From a virus, in IMG/VR virus record IMGVR_UViG_3300030329_005244: 64,000 nucleotides of DNA. One strand, 5' to 3'. Position 1 is the stretch's first letter. Every line of letters begins with the position of its first letter. Shown here piece by piece: positions 26,557-36,015 of this stretch. Under the pieces are notes generated by a model. The model made no database searches. It saw only the letters and a list, made by a program, of their open reading frames with translations, and was not told the origin of the DNA. The position numbers and the translations under genes are program-made.

Positions 26557-28137
26557 CTACTCTCCGCAATCACCCATTATAGCATACTCAATCTCAATTG
26601 TCGAGCCACCTTCTGGAATATGTGCTTTTTCAAACACAACAGAGTTGTCTGTGGAATTATAAGTCCAGCCAGTGGAAGTTACAACGCCATCAATCGTCAC
26701 AACAATTGTGCTCGCAACAGGATAATCTGTTAACTCAAACTCATCGAGGATTTTAACGGAATTTTCAGCCAGAGTTTCAAGGTGGCTTCCCCAATCTGCT
26801 GCACAGATGGAAAGAAAAGAACCGCCAGTATAACCAGTCAGTTCATAGTAGCCTCGACCTGCTGACGCACCACCGCATCCAGAGGGCATGTCGCCCGCTA
26901 TAGCGTGGGCAATAAAATCATCAGGGTCTGCCTTAAGGCTAGAAAAATAATTGTAGTAGTCAATTGCTTGTGCGCCTGATTGATCAGGTTCATCCGACAC
27001 AAAGATAATAACGAACTGCCCATCCTCCCTCATGAAGGAGCCCCCAGGAGCCGCCTCACCAGCGATGCTTGGATCGGTGGCACGGTAAGCCATCGCCATA
27101 CCAGCTTCAATGCCGGAACCGTTGGTTCCTGCTTGAACTTGCTGTGCAAAAACATCAGCAGCGTTGGGCGTTGTCTTCGTAATGATGTCTCCACGGAAGA
27201 AACCGCTATCGGTTGTGATGACGGCAATCTGCCAGTCCGTGTCGTTCTTCATAAATATCTGCATGAAGTTCGCAAAGTTGTTGGCCAACGATGCTTGCTC
27301 ATCTGCCATCGAGCAAGAGTTATCAACCACGAATAAGACATCGCTATAAGACTGAAGCGGTTGTTCGTAGGCGTCAAGAGTCTCGCCATAATACTTGCCT
27401 TGTCCCTCATAGAGAACTTTCTTTCGAGGAGTCAGCGGGTCATTGGAATCGATATAAGTTTGCGATTGGGTGAGCAAGTCATCTTCGGGAGCGAAAGTCA
27501 CATCGATTTCTAACTCTTCATCCATCGGAAGCGTCCAAGGGAGTGGTCCGTTATCGCCAGTTCGCAAGTCATAAATCCAGCCATATTCAGCATAGTCGAG
27601 ATTATCAATAATTAAATCTTCATTCCCGACATTGGAAATGGTGATGGGTTGTGTTGCGTCACAGCCAACATAATGGCTTCCAAAGGTATACTCCTCTGGT
27701 GTCACATCAATAACTGGAGCAGTTCCCTCGCCAAGAATCGGAACTTCCACAATGCCTTCGTCGGGATCATTCGACTCAATCGAAAGAGTCGATTCATACA
27801 CGTTCATTGTTAGCGGCGTGAAAGTCACCACCAACTGTGCTGTCGCCCCTTCGGGAAGCAATAGGCTGGAAGGTGTTGTCGTGGTGTATGTGGCTGTGTT
27901 CGACAGCGAAGCACCGACAATCTTTAAGTCGCCCTCACCCTCGTTCGTAATGTCAACGACTTGGGAAACTTCCGTTTCAGTTACAACCGACAGAGCGCCA
28001 AAGTCAATTGACGAGGGCTCAACAACAATATCGGGTATTCTATTATCCTCAATCCCGTCCCCGTCATCCGGGTGATAAACAAGTTCGTTTTCAGTACAAC
28101 CTAACAAAAAGAGCGATAAAAGAATATATTTCAACAT
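26557..28137 (-). CDS. Lipoprotein with two Ig-like (choice-of-anchor D/ASH-type) domains and a VWA domain
   Basis: Lipobox MLKYILLSLFLLG|C after a GGAGG RBS; two 'I.V.P..IDFG…ITN.G..DL.I…SNDP' repeats; DVLFVVDNSCSM MIDAS; IFVSDEPDQS. Confidence 0.85.
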   Translation of the reverse strand: MLKYILLSLFLLGCTENELVYHPDDGDGIEDNRIPDIVVEPSSIDFGALSVVTETEVSQVVDITNEGEGDLKIVGASLSNTATYTTTTPSSLLLPEGATAQLVVTFTPLTMNVYESTLSIESNDPDEGIVEVPILGEGTAPVIDVTPEEYTFGSHYVGCDATQPITISNVGNEDLIIDNLDYAEYGWIYDLRTGDNGPLPWTLPMDEELEIDVTFAPEDDLLTQSQTYIDSNDPLTPRKKVLYEGQGKYYGETLDAYEQPLQSYSDVLFVVDNSCSMADEQASLANNFANFMQIFMKNDTDWQIAVITTDSGFFRGDIITKTTPNAADVFAQQVQAGTNGSGIEAGMAMAYRATDPSIAGEAAPGGSFMREDGQFVIIFVSDEPDQSGAQAIDYYNYFSSLKADPDDFIAHAIAGDMPSGCGGASAGRGYYELTGYTGGSFLSICAADWGSHLETLAENSVKILDEFELTDYPVASTIVVTIDGVVTSTGWTYNSTDNSVVFEKAHIPEGGSTIEIEYAIMGDCGE

Positions 28138-28182
28138 TGGCAATGCCTCCTGTTCTAACTATGTCGCTAGAGCAAGAAACGC

Positions 28183-29001
28183 TTAGTTTTCGCCTTGGTT
28201 CATTAGATAATCGATGGCGCCCTGAACATGGTTCATCATTTCTCGCATTGCTTCATAGGCTTGCTGTTCGGTTTCGGCACCCCTCTGGGCGAGTTCTTTA
28301 ATTTGTGCGAAGGCTTTTCCTGGCTCGACAGACTCAACCGAATCAAGAGTTCGAACCATTCCAGTGTCGCCCTCTTCGCCTTCAAATTCCTCCGGATGCT
28401 CAAAGACATATCCCATCGCCTCTTCGGCAAATTCCATAATTTCTTCAAGAGCCCCCATCGGATCTTCTTGAATAGATGGATCGTCAAGAAGAACAAGAAC
28501 TTCCTGCATTGCCCCTACGGGCGAAAGGCCACCCTCATCGTCGGCAAGGTCCTGCACAAGTCGGCTGTAATCAGCTTCCTTGAGAACCTGGCGAATAAGG
28601 TGTTGAAGGCTTTGCTTCGTGAGTTTCATAGGTTTGTTTTCCTTTACTACTCTGAGATGTGTGCCTTTAGCCCTGGTGTTTTCTGGTGGCGGCTCCCATG
28701 GCTCAGCGACATTTATTGTGATGCGATAATATAGATCGTTGGTGTCTCCTCTACCTTCAGTCGCATCAATCCTAATGCTTTGCAAGTCGTAGTCGCCATA
28801 GTCATCCGTCGGCACAAGACCCAGATCTCGTAGAACATCATCAATCTTCTCCCTGAGTCGGCGCTGTCTATGATCATCCATCGGCACAAGGGGGTGCCAA
28901 GGTCTTGTACGCGATCCAGGTTCTCCTCGTTCGTTTTCTGTCACGGCTTTGCCGTATTCTTCTTTGATAATCTTTTTAAGGGCTGCTTTTGTAAGTTTCA
29001 T
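28183..29001 (-). CDS. Hypothetical two-module protein with two MK-leader motifs (29001 and 28629)
   Basis: MKLTKAALKKIIKEEY at 29001; internal MKLTKQSLQHLIRQVLKE at 28629 with its own AAGGA RBS. Confidence 0.7.
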   Translation of the reverse strand: MKLTKAALKKIIKEEYGKAVTENERGEPGSRTRPWHPLVPMDDHRQRRLREKIDDVLRDLGLVPTDDYGDYDLQSIRIDATEGRGDTNDLYYRITINVAEPWEPPPENTRAKGTHLRVVKENKPMKLTKQSLQHLIRQVLKEADYSRLVQDLADDEGGLSPVGAMQEVLVLLDDPSIQEDPMGALEEIMEFAEEAMGYVFEHPEEFEGEEGDTGMVRTLDSVESVEPGKAFAQIKELAQRGAETEQQAYEAMREMMNHVQGAIDYLMNQGEN

Positions 29002-29420
29002 TTTGTTAATTGGACAGCCAAGGCTGCTGTTCCTCCTACTCCTATTGCCACGCCAGCAGCGAACCACCAGCCAGGTTTTTTGGAAGAATACTTCTTTAAC
29101 TCTTCTTGAAGAGCAAGAATTTCTTTGTCCTTGTTCTCTCTAATTAGTTTGTACTCGTCATTAAGAGAATCATAATCAATTTTTAAATCTCTTATCTCCA
29201 ACTTGTATCTATTTGCTTGCAGTCCAAGTTGGTGACTCATATGCAAATCACACTCGCGACGAGCAGTTTCTCTAAAAATAATAATATCGGAACAGGCGTA
29301 CTTATCAAAAAGGAAGCCGTCAAAGGGGGCTGGTTCGTTCGCCTTAACAGACGAAAACGTGCCCACTTCTTCGGCTTCTGCTGTTCCTATAAAAAGTAAA
29401 AATAATAAGCTACTTAACAT
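28998..29420 (-). CDS. Secreted/membrane coiled-coil protein, possible spanin component
   Basis: Signal peptide (…AEA|), coiled coil and C-terminal transmembrane segment; overlaps the Rz-like gene. Confidence 0.5.
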   Translation of the reverse strand: MLSSLLFLLFIGTAEAEEVGTFSSVKANEPAPFDGFLFDKYACSDIIIFRETARRECDLHMSHQLGLQANRYKLEIRDLKIDYDSLNDEYKLIRENKDKEILALQEELKKYSSKKPGWWFAAGVAIGVGGTAALAVQLTK

Positions 29421-29787
29421 ATTCAAACCCGTAAAGAGTTTTTATCTTTTCTATGAGTTCGTCCTGATTGCCTGTGAAGTCTCCGATGTACTTTCTTCGG
29501 TTGACTGCTTTTAAGACTTCAAGTTGGTGTTTATTTTCTTCGTAGTTCTCGGTGAGTTCTTCAAGGGTTCTCCGATACTCGTCCAGCGACTCTTCTCTGC
29601 GAATGGCATCACGCTGTTGAATCTGCTTCATGCCTTCAATTTGGTTCTGAAGAGATGTCTGCGTGGTTTCGTATGCTCGTTCAAGCTTCTTGTAGTCGCT
29701 GTGTGTCTTTAACAAGAGCCCTCCCATCAAAAGGACAATCGTAATTTCCTTCCAGTTTGAGAGTGCAATTGATAAAGCTTTATTCAA
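29410..29787 (-). CDS. Putative inner-membrane spanin (Rz-like)
   Basis: N-terminal TM followed by a long coiled coil; follows the holin-like gene. Confidence 0.5.
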   Translation of the reverse strand: MNKALSIALSNWKEITIVLLMGGLLLKTHSDYKKLERAYETTQTSLQNQIEGMKQIQQRDAIRREESLDEYRRTLEELTENYEENKHQLEVLKAVNRRKYIGDFTGNQDELIEKIKTLYGFEYVK

Positions 29788-29978
29788 TGATCGAGCCCCT
29801 TGATTTTTGCGATGGCATCAATGACGCTCTGCCCACCAAGATACAGTGCGGAAACAATAATCCAGTCTCCACTTTCGAGGTGTCCCAAATACATCAAGCC
29901 CGTTGCGGTTAACCACACGAGCAACTTACGAGAAGTTAATTTTTCAAGACCCTTGTCAATTAGGGCTTTCTTTGCCAT
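29784..29978 (-). CDS. Putative holin
   Basis: 64 aa with a KLTSRKLL motif, two TM helices and a charged C-terminus. Confidence 0.55.
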   Translation of the reverse strand: MAKKALIDKGLEKLTSRKLLVWLTATGLMYLGHLESGDWIIVSALYLGGQSVIDAIAKIKGLDH

Positions 29979-30235
29979 CAGTAGTCTCCAGGGGCACCCA
30001 TATCGATAACAACCTCTTCTTCGCCTGCCGGAACCATATCAGTTCCACCAAGCGCAGCAGACAAACGCTGTGCGAGGTCTGCAAGTTCCGCCGCCAGAGC
30101 AACGGGATCCTCAGCAGCAGGTTCCCCAACGGGATCCATCTCTTCTGGTGCTGGTTCATCAGCCATCGGGCAACCGCCCTCGTTGGCCAACTCTTCCATA
30201 ATAATTTGTCGTAGTCTTTCTTTTGAGATTTTCAT
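29978..30235 (-). CDS. Small acidic protein with MKISKERLRQIIMEEL leader
   Basis: Leader followed by an Asp/Glu/Pro-rich, scaffold-like body. Confidence 0.7.
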   Translation of the reverse strand: MKISKERLRQIIMEELANEGGCPMADEPAPEEMDPVGEPAAEDPVALAAELADLAQRLSAALGGTDMVPAGEEEVVIDMGAPGDY

Positions 30236-33200
30236 TGTTTGATCCTTGCATAACTGCCTTTCTTATCAATCACAATCTGCATATCAACACAATCCTTGAG
30301 AGAATCCAGATGAGAAATCAAGAGAACATTTTTAAAATACACCTTAATTAGTTCTAAGATTCGAATAAAGCCTTCCATATTCTCTTCGTCTAATGCCGTC
30401 CCTGGCTCATCAAGCACAAAGAAGTCGCTCTTGGGAAGAGACGAGACAGACAGCAGAGCCAAACGAATAGCCATCGCAGCCATCGTCTTCTCCGCGCCAG
30501 ACGCCATCTCTATTGGGCGTCCCTCGTGCTTGGGATGCTTAATGAAGATGTTGAGTTTATTTTTATCTGTCTCGAAATAAATCTCAAAGTCCACAATGTT
30601 CGCCAAGACTTTCGCAATCTCCTGATTGATTACAGGGATTTTCTTTTTGATGATGTCGTAAGGGATTCCGTTGGGATGAACACATCGCATAAAGAGTTGG
30701 AAAGCTGAAAACTCTCTTCGAAGACTTTCGTGAGCCTCTCGTTGTTCTCGGATTGAATCGACTCGCTGTTCTGCCGACCCAACTCGTTTGTATAACACAA
30801 GCGTCTTCTTCTCACATTCCTTGATAGATTTCTCCTTGCTTTTAATCTCATTCTCATAGTCCCCCCTCCGTGTTAATAAGTTTTCGAGATTTTGAATCGC
30901 TTCTTTGTTCTCGTTATAAATGTCGATTTTCTCTTGAAGTCTTGACATGTCATGAACCAATTCAGTCACCCGGTGTCGGCTTGTCTGAACGGACAACTTC
31001 GATGATGAAATCTTTCGCTCCAAAGATGTTATCAATCCTTGAATCTTTTTATAATATTCAAACTTCTTTTCAACCTCGTCCTCGCCAAGGTTTGCAAGCG
31101 CGGCTGTTGCAGAAGTCATTTGAGAGTCAACCGTTTTCCGCTTGTCCACATGGACAATCGCATCGCGAATGAACCGACACGTCGGAAAGCTGTCTCCGCA
31201 CGGCACGCTATCAAGAAGTTTTTGTTTTTGTTCTATTCTCTTGATTTCTTCTGCGAGCCTTCCAATCTCCAATTTCTTTTCAACAATCTCCTCACGAGAT
31301 TGGGTGAGTTCTTCAACATCCAACATCGTCAGAAATGATTGAGACTTTTCAAGCTTCTCTTCTTGCGAAAGAATCTCTGCCTCTTGGCTGGAGATTGTTG
31401 CTTCATACGCAACACGCTCTCGTTTCTTCTTTGCGTGTTCTCGAATGAGCTTTTTGTGGTCGATCACCTCTGTTGGTGTCGCTTCAATGTCCCTTGTCAA
31501 ATCGTTGACATTTTGTCGTAATTCAATAATTTTTTTACGAAGGGAATCACATAGGGATTTATTTTTTTCTGAATCGGCTTTTGCCTCTGTGAGAAGAGCC
31601 ATCTCTTCCTGAATCTCGTTTTCGTATTCTCGACCCTCAACTTTGCGAAGGAGGGCACGAGTGTCCACAGATTCGTCCTTGGCAAGCTTAAACTTCTTGT
31701 CAAGAAACTCCAAGTCCAGAAACTTGGCGATGATTTCCTTTCGCTTGGTGGATCCCTCTTCAATGAAGGCTAATGCGCCGTGCTGTGACGCCAGAGAAGA
31801 CACGGCAAAATCATCCATGGTGCCGAAGTGCTTTCTAATTTTTGCGTCTGTCTGTGAGCGCGTGGTTCCGTTTAAGGATGTGGTCTCGCCAGTGAGCTTA
31901 TCGTGAACCATAAAGTCAAGGATTGTCTTGGCTTCGATTGTCTCTTCGCCTTTTAATTTCTTTGTGTATTTCTCGGCTGTTCTCTCGATTGTATACAGGC
32001 GCTCGCCGACTTCAATCTCTAGGGTTCCGCGTCCGTATCCTCGGTTCTGATTAATGACATTAATGTTCTTTCGTTCGTTCTTGCTCGTTGTGCCAAACAG
32101 AGTGAAAAGAAGAGCATCGATGACAGAACTCTTCCCAGAAAAGTTCTTTCCAAAGAGCCCAACAATCCCGCTAAGCCGATCAAAATCAATGGCATTTCCT
32201 TTCCCATAGTTAAAGAGGTTGTCCCATTTAAAAGACTTCAGTTTCCAATTAATGTTCCGTGCAATTTCCTCATTCTCTTCAACAATTTTATTAAAGTGTT
32301 GGTTGAGTCTAAAGACTTCTTCGAGAACTTCATCCTCTACTTCATAGTCCTTCAAATACTCCTTCATCAAATCTTCCTGAACCTGAACGTCTCGGAGGTT
32401 CTCGGTTTGAAGATTGTTCGCGAGGTTTCCGATGCTGCCATCGTCGCCGACAGAGCGATTCAAAAATGCAATGCTCTCGGGCTTAAACTTCAATTTCGCA
32501 TAGTCAATTGCCCTCTTCATCATGATGAATGAGAGGTTGTTGTGCGAGATTAAACGCAGGCGAGCCTTATCAGGAACTTGAAGGTTCTTTGGGAATTTAC
32601 CTCCTGATGTTAGCTCAATAGACATGAATGGTTTGGGATTTTTGTAGGCGATAGGCTTAATATCCCAGTCATCCTTGGTTCTTATGTCCCAGATGAGCAA
32701 ACCTTTGTCATCAGTCTCGCCGTGGTTCTGTTGAACAGTTGAGCCGCAGTACCAAATGCGCCCGTGCTTATCCAACGGCTGACGCCTGTGAATGTCGCCA
32801 AGCATAGCGAAATCGTACTCTTTAAAAATATCAATTTCATCATCTCCACGAGCCATCGTCCAGTCCAAATCTGTCTGGCAATTACTAATGGATCCGTGGT
32901 ACAAAGCGACGTTAATTTTGTCTTTATTTTTTGGGCTAGCCCATCTATCTCTATCAAAAATTGAAAGGACGTGAAGGGACACAGAGGGCGTCAGAGACAC
33001 CTCCCCGGAGTGCTTCAACATGTGCAAGTTCGGCAGCGAAAGAGCCTGCACAATTGGGCTCAATGCGTCCTGCCGATTTGAGTTGCGAAGGTTGCCGTCA
33101 TGGTTGCCCAGAATAATATACGTGGGGGCAATGGACGCCAAGGACTCAAAAAAGTTCGCACACATCTCAACGAATTCTGGTGAGATTTGTGTTTTTGTGT

Positions 33201-33339
33201 GAGCGATGTCGCCACAGTGGACGATAGCGTCAACCTTCTCTTCTCTTAGTGTTTCATAAAGTTGATCAAAGACGATTTGATACTCTTCATGGAATTTAAA
33301 ATTTCGAATGTGCGTGTCAGCCAAATGGGCTATTTTCAA
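30232..33339 (-). CDS. Fused SbcD/Mre11 nuclease - SbcC/Rad50 ATPase (T4 gp47-gp46-like)
   Basis: Phosphoesterase motifs ADTH, GD, GNHD and GDIH; Walker A GKNFSGKS; coiled coil; SGAEK signature; VLDEPGTALD; LISH. TTG start. Confidence 0.93.
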   Translation of the reverse strand: MKIAHLADTHIRNFKFHEEYQIVFDQLYETLREEKVDAIVHCGDIAHTKTQISPEFVEMCANFFESLASIAPTYIILGNHDGNLRNSNRQDALSPIVQALSLPNLHMLKHSGEVSLTPSVSLHVLSIFDRDRWASPKNKDKINVALYHGSISNCQTDLDWTMARGDDEIDIFKEYDFAMLGDIHRRQPLDKHGRIWYCGSTVQQNHGETDDKGLLIWDIRTKDDWDIKPIAYKNPKPFMSIELTSGGKFPKNLQVPDKARLRLISHNNLSFIMMKRAIDYAKLKFKPESIAFLNRSVGDDGSIGNLANNLQTENLRDVQVQEDLMKEYLKDYEVEDEVLEEVFRLNQHFNKIVEENEEIARNINWKLKSFKWDNLFNYGKGNAIDFDRLSGIVGLFGKNFSGKSSVIDALLFTLFGTTSKNERKNINVINQNRGYGRGTLEIEVGERLYTIERTAEKYTKKLKGEETIEAKTILDFMVHDKLTGETTSLNGTTRSQTDAKIRKHFGTMDDFAVSSLASQHGALAFIEEGSTKRKEIIAKFLDLEFLDKKFKLAKDESVDTRALLRKVEGREYENEIQEEMALLTEAKADSEKNKSLCDSLRKKIIELRQNVNDLTRDIEATPTEVIDHKKLIREHAKKKRERVAYEATISSQEAEILSQEEKLEKSQSFLTMLDVEELTQSREEIVEKKLEIGRLAEEIKRIEQKQKLLDSVPCGDSFPTCRFIRDAIVHVDKRKTVDSQMTSATAALANLGEDEVEKKFEYYKKIQGLITSLERKISSSKLSVQTSRHRVTELVHDMSRLQEKIDIYNENKEAIQNLENLLTRRGDYENEIKSKEKSIKECEKKTLVLYKRVGSAEQRVDSIREQREAHESLRREFSAFQLFMRCVHPNGIPYDIIKKKIPVINQEIAKVLANIVDFEIYFETDKNKLNIFIKHPKHEGRPIEMASGAEKTMAAMAIRLALLSVSSLPKSDFFVLDEPGTALDEENMEGFIRILELIKVYFKNVLLISHLDSLKDCVDMQIVIDKKGSYARIKQ

Positions 33340-33446
33340 AAAGCACCTCGAATAAGGGGTGTCAATCCGAATGACAAGTAGAACACCACTTCAAACACGA
33401 AAGCGAGCAGAAGGGTTTCCAACAGTTTGCAAAGAAGCTTTTTCAT
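33336..33446 (-). CDS. Small hydrophobic ORF MKKLLCKLLETLLLAFVFEVVFYLSFGLTPLIRGAF
   Basis: 36 aa with a GGAGG RBS; its TGA overlaps the TTG start of SbcDC. Confidence 0.6.
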   Translation of the reverse strand: MKKLLCKLLETLLLAFVFEVVFYLSFGLTPLIRGAF

Positions 33447-33461
33447 CTTACCTCCACAAGT

Positions 33462-33489
33462 AATATAACACACTCGGAGCAAGAAGCAA
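33462..33489 (-). promoter_or_regulatory. Sigma70-like promoter (TTGCTT-16nt-TATATT, extended TG)
   Basis: Minus strand ttTTGCTTcttgctccgagtgTGtTATATT in the only sizeable gap upstream of the recombination gene. Confidence 0.45.
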
Positions 33490-33509
33490 ACCTCTTATCG
33501 CTTGTCACC

Positions 33510-34754
33510 TTATCGTCGCGGAATGCCAGGGTTTTTTTCGCCCGCTATTCCCGCTTCGTATCCCATCGCAACCAATTCTGGTTGATGACTAAAGAACACC
33601 GACGTTTGATCTATTTCTCCACCTGCTTTACCCAACTCGTATCCGTGGTCTACCGCTTGCTTCTGTCCTCTCGGGGTATCAAAATGTTTTCTGATTTCTT
33701 CTTTGTCTATCTTGCCCTTAAACTCAACCATTTGAGCCTCATCTAGTCCTTCTAAGGAGTTTGTCAAGAAGGTAAACAGAATTGACCACTCGGGGGGCAA
33801 CACTGTTTTTACTTCGCCACCATCTTTAACTTTTATTTGAACTGATTCTGCGCCCGCTAAACCAACTTGCCCAATGCCCAAAAGTTCCCTATAAACAGAA
33901 AAGAGATATTTGACTTTATCTGGGGAGCCATCCAGATTCGCTTGAAGGTAATCGAACGCTTCTTGCCCAGTGTCGGATTTTAACTTTGGAATTGGCTTGT
34001 CCAGTAAAGCGCCGGGAGAAATGTAATCGGTGGCTGGCGCTCTCTTATATTTAACGAGCCTCTTCTCCATGCTGCCTTCTCCAAAAGAGTCGATAGAATC
34101 TATTTGTCCTTCAAAATTGTAGTTGTCTAAATAGTGATCTCCCTGGACTGCCATGTGTGGCCCTCCATAATCTCCGCGAACATCCTCAACAGATGCGTGG
34201 TGAGCGGGGCGTTCCAGGGCTGCTTGGGATTGAAGATAATCAAGAAAGGATGCTCCCGTACCAAGGGCGGCGGCAGTGCCAACCACAAGTCCGATCCTCT
34301 TAAGAAGATCCCTTCGGCTTTGCATTTTATAAGCGAGTTCAGCGCTAACATCTTCTTTCTCGATGCCGCGCTCTGTTGCTTTTAAGCCAATCAGCTTCAA
34401 TAATTGTGCGGCAAAACCGCCTTGGGCTTCGTCTAAAGTTCCAGAATCAAGTATATCAATGATTTCATCAGCAGCTTGTGCCGCCTCGTCATCCGGCGGA
34501 GATTGTTCGGCGAGCCAATCTGTCACGCCCTCTTTAACAACTTGCTGAATTATATATTCTTCAACCGTCTCGCGGATTATTTGAAGTAGGGCAGCCTCTG
34601 TGAGTTCCACGGCTTCATCTGTAGAGCCACTGTCGGGTTCCACAGAATAGAGTTTAGCCATATACGCTTTGGCTTTTTCTTCAGTTGAGGAGCAGCCTTT
34701 TTTTTCATCTGTATCTTTCCTATAGACGCACTTGCCTCGTCTTACATAAGGCAT
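33510..34754 (-). CDS. Hypothetical mosaic protein, putative internal head protein
   Basis: N-terminal MPY…KCV…GCS..EKAKAY module, then an internal leader-like LTEAALLQIIRETVEE, several L-x-E sites and one hydrophobic segment. Confidence 0.65.
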   Translation of the reverse strand: MPYVRRGKCVYRKDTDEKKGCSSTEEKAKAYMAKLYSVEPDSGSTDEAVELTEAALLQIIRETVEEYIIQQVVKEGVTDWLAEQSPPDDEAAQAADEIIDILDSGTLDEAQGGFAAQLLKLIGLKATERGIEKEDVSAELAYKMQSRRDLLKRIGLVVGTAAALGTGASFLDYLQSQAALERPAHHASVEDVRGDYGGPHMAVQGDHYLDNYNFEGQIDSIDSFGEGSMEKRLVKYKRAPATDYISPGALLDKPIPKLKSDTGQEAFDYLQANLDGSPDKVKYLFSVYRELLGIGQVGLAGAESVQIKVKDGGEVKTVLPPEWSILFTFLTNSLEGLDEAQMVEFKGKIDKEEIRKHFDTPRGQKQAVDHGYELGKAGGEIDQTSVFFSHQPELVAMGYEAGIAGEKNPGIPRR

Positions 34755-34756
34755 TA

Positions 34757-36004
34757 CTAGTCCTTCTTGCCTTTGCCCTTTGGGTAGACAAGACTGTCGC
34801 TGCTATTAACATTTGCTGCGAACGCTGCTTGTCGCTTGCGCTTCGTGGAGGAGCCACTTGCTGCCTTATCAACGCACGCCTGGGTCACATCTCCACCGCA
34901 ATACTTCGTGAATTCGCCTTCCGTGCCCTTCTCTTCAATATCTTCGGCTGCGTCTTGAGCCCAGTTCTCGTCTTTCTCTTCTTTCATGTGAACCCCCCTC
35001 ATTTGAAGTGCATCGCCCAACTCTCGCTGATACTGCTCTCCTTCGGGAGTGGTAGGCTGCCACTTTTCATAAACTGCCTCGGCGGCGCGCAACTTGCGCT
35101 TTGCTATTTCGGCTCCAAAATCGTGCATTCCAACATCGCCATGCCCTTCGGCAAGAGCCTTTTCAATTTCCTCAACCAAAATGGCTTTCAATTGTTTTCG
35201 GGTAATCTTCATTTTGTTTTCCTTTAATTCTTTTCCCCCCTTATGATAAGCGGGCATAGATTCTAATTCTTCGGCTTGAACTTTTAATGCTTTTTGTAGC
35301 AACGTGGGATCAAAGGCGGCGCACTTTCGGGCCTGGGCGCTTCCAAGCCCTCCACCTCCCATAATTTTATTATAAAGCCTAACTCTATCATATAGATGCT
35401 CAGACCCATAGCTGGTTTGTCCAATTTTGCCGCCTCGGCGCATTCTAAAAGATACGCAATCCATAGACATGTCAGTATAGCGACCGTTTTTTTCATCATA
35501 CTTTCCACATCTTTTTCCAAGTTCTCCCGACCAATCGTGAGCGGATCTATCGCTATCTAAATCCGAATAAATGTCTTTGTGTTCGCGATCTATTATTTTA
35601 TCCAAATGTCCTTGCAAGCTCATCCCACACGAAAGCATATCTTTATATTTACCACGATCCAATGTGTCAGAGGGGTCCATTCCCAACGCAATCATTGGCT
35701 CTGCTATTGCAGCGCGGCCTCGTTCAGTTTCTATTTGTTTTATAAAATTTGTACTAATTTTAAGACGTTGGCGCGAACTTTCGGCGTCTCGCCAATCATA
35801 TTGAGTTTTGGAAGAGCCTGGTCCTGCGCCCAAGCCTCCTTCCAGCCTTTCTGCTTTTCGGGCTATAGCGGCATATCGTGAATGGCTGGGGCCAATATCA
35901 AGGATTTCATAATCCTCGTCAGTCATTTCGTTGTAATTTTCGTAGAGAGCAGCACTAATCTCTTCTTTAAGAATAGCCTTCAACTGCGACTTTGAAATCT
36001 TCAT
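34757..36004 (-). CDS. Hypothetical multi-module protein with two MK-leader motifs (36004 and 35212)
   Basis: MKISKSQLKAILKEEI at 36004 (GAGG RBS); internal MKITRKQLKAILVEEI at 35212 (AAGGA RBS). Confidence 0.7.
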   Translation of the reverse strand: MKISKSQLKAILKEEISAALYENYNEMTDEDYEILDIGPSHSRYAAIARKAERLEGGLGAGPGSSKTQYDWRDAESSRQRLKISTNFIKQIETERGRAAIAEPMIALGMDPSDTLDRGKYKDMLSCGMSLQGHLDKIIDREHKDIYSDLDSDRSAHDWSGELGKRCGKYDEKNGRYTDMSMDCVSFRMRRGGKIGQTSYGSEHLYDRVRLYNKIMGGGGLGSAQARKCAAFDPTLLQKALKVQAEELESMPAYHKGGKELKENKMKITRKQLKAILVEEIEKALAEGHGDVGMHDFGAEIAKRKLRAAEAVYEKWQPTTPEGEQYQRELGDALQMRGVHMKEEKDENWAQDAAEDIEEKGTEGEFTKYCGGDVTQACVDKAASGSSTKRKRQAAFAANVNSSDSLVYPKGKGKKD

Positions 36005-36015
36005 TCGTGCGTTCC

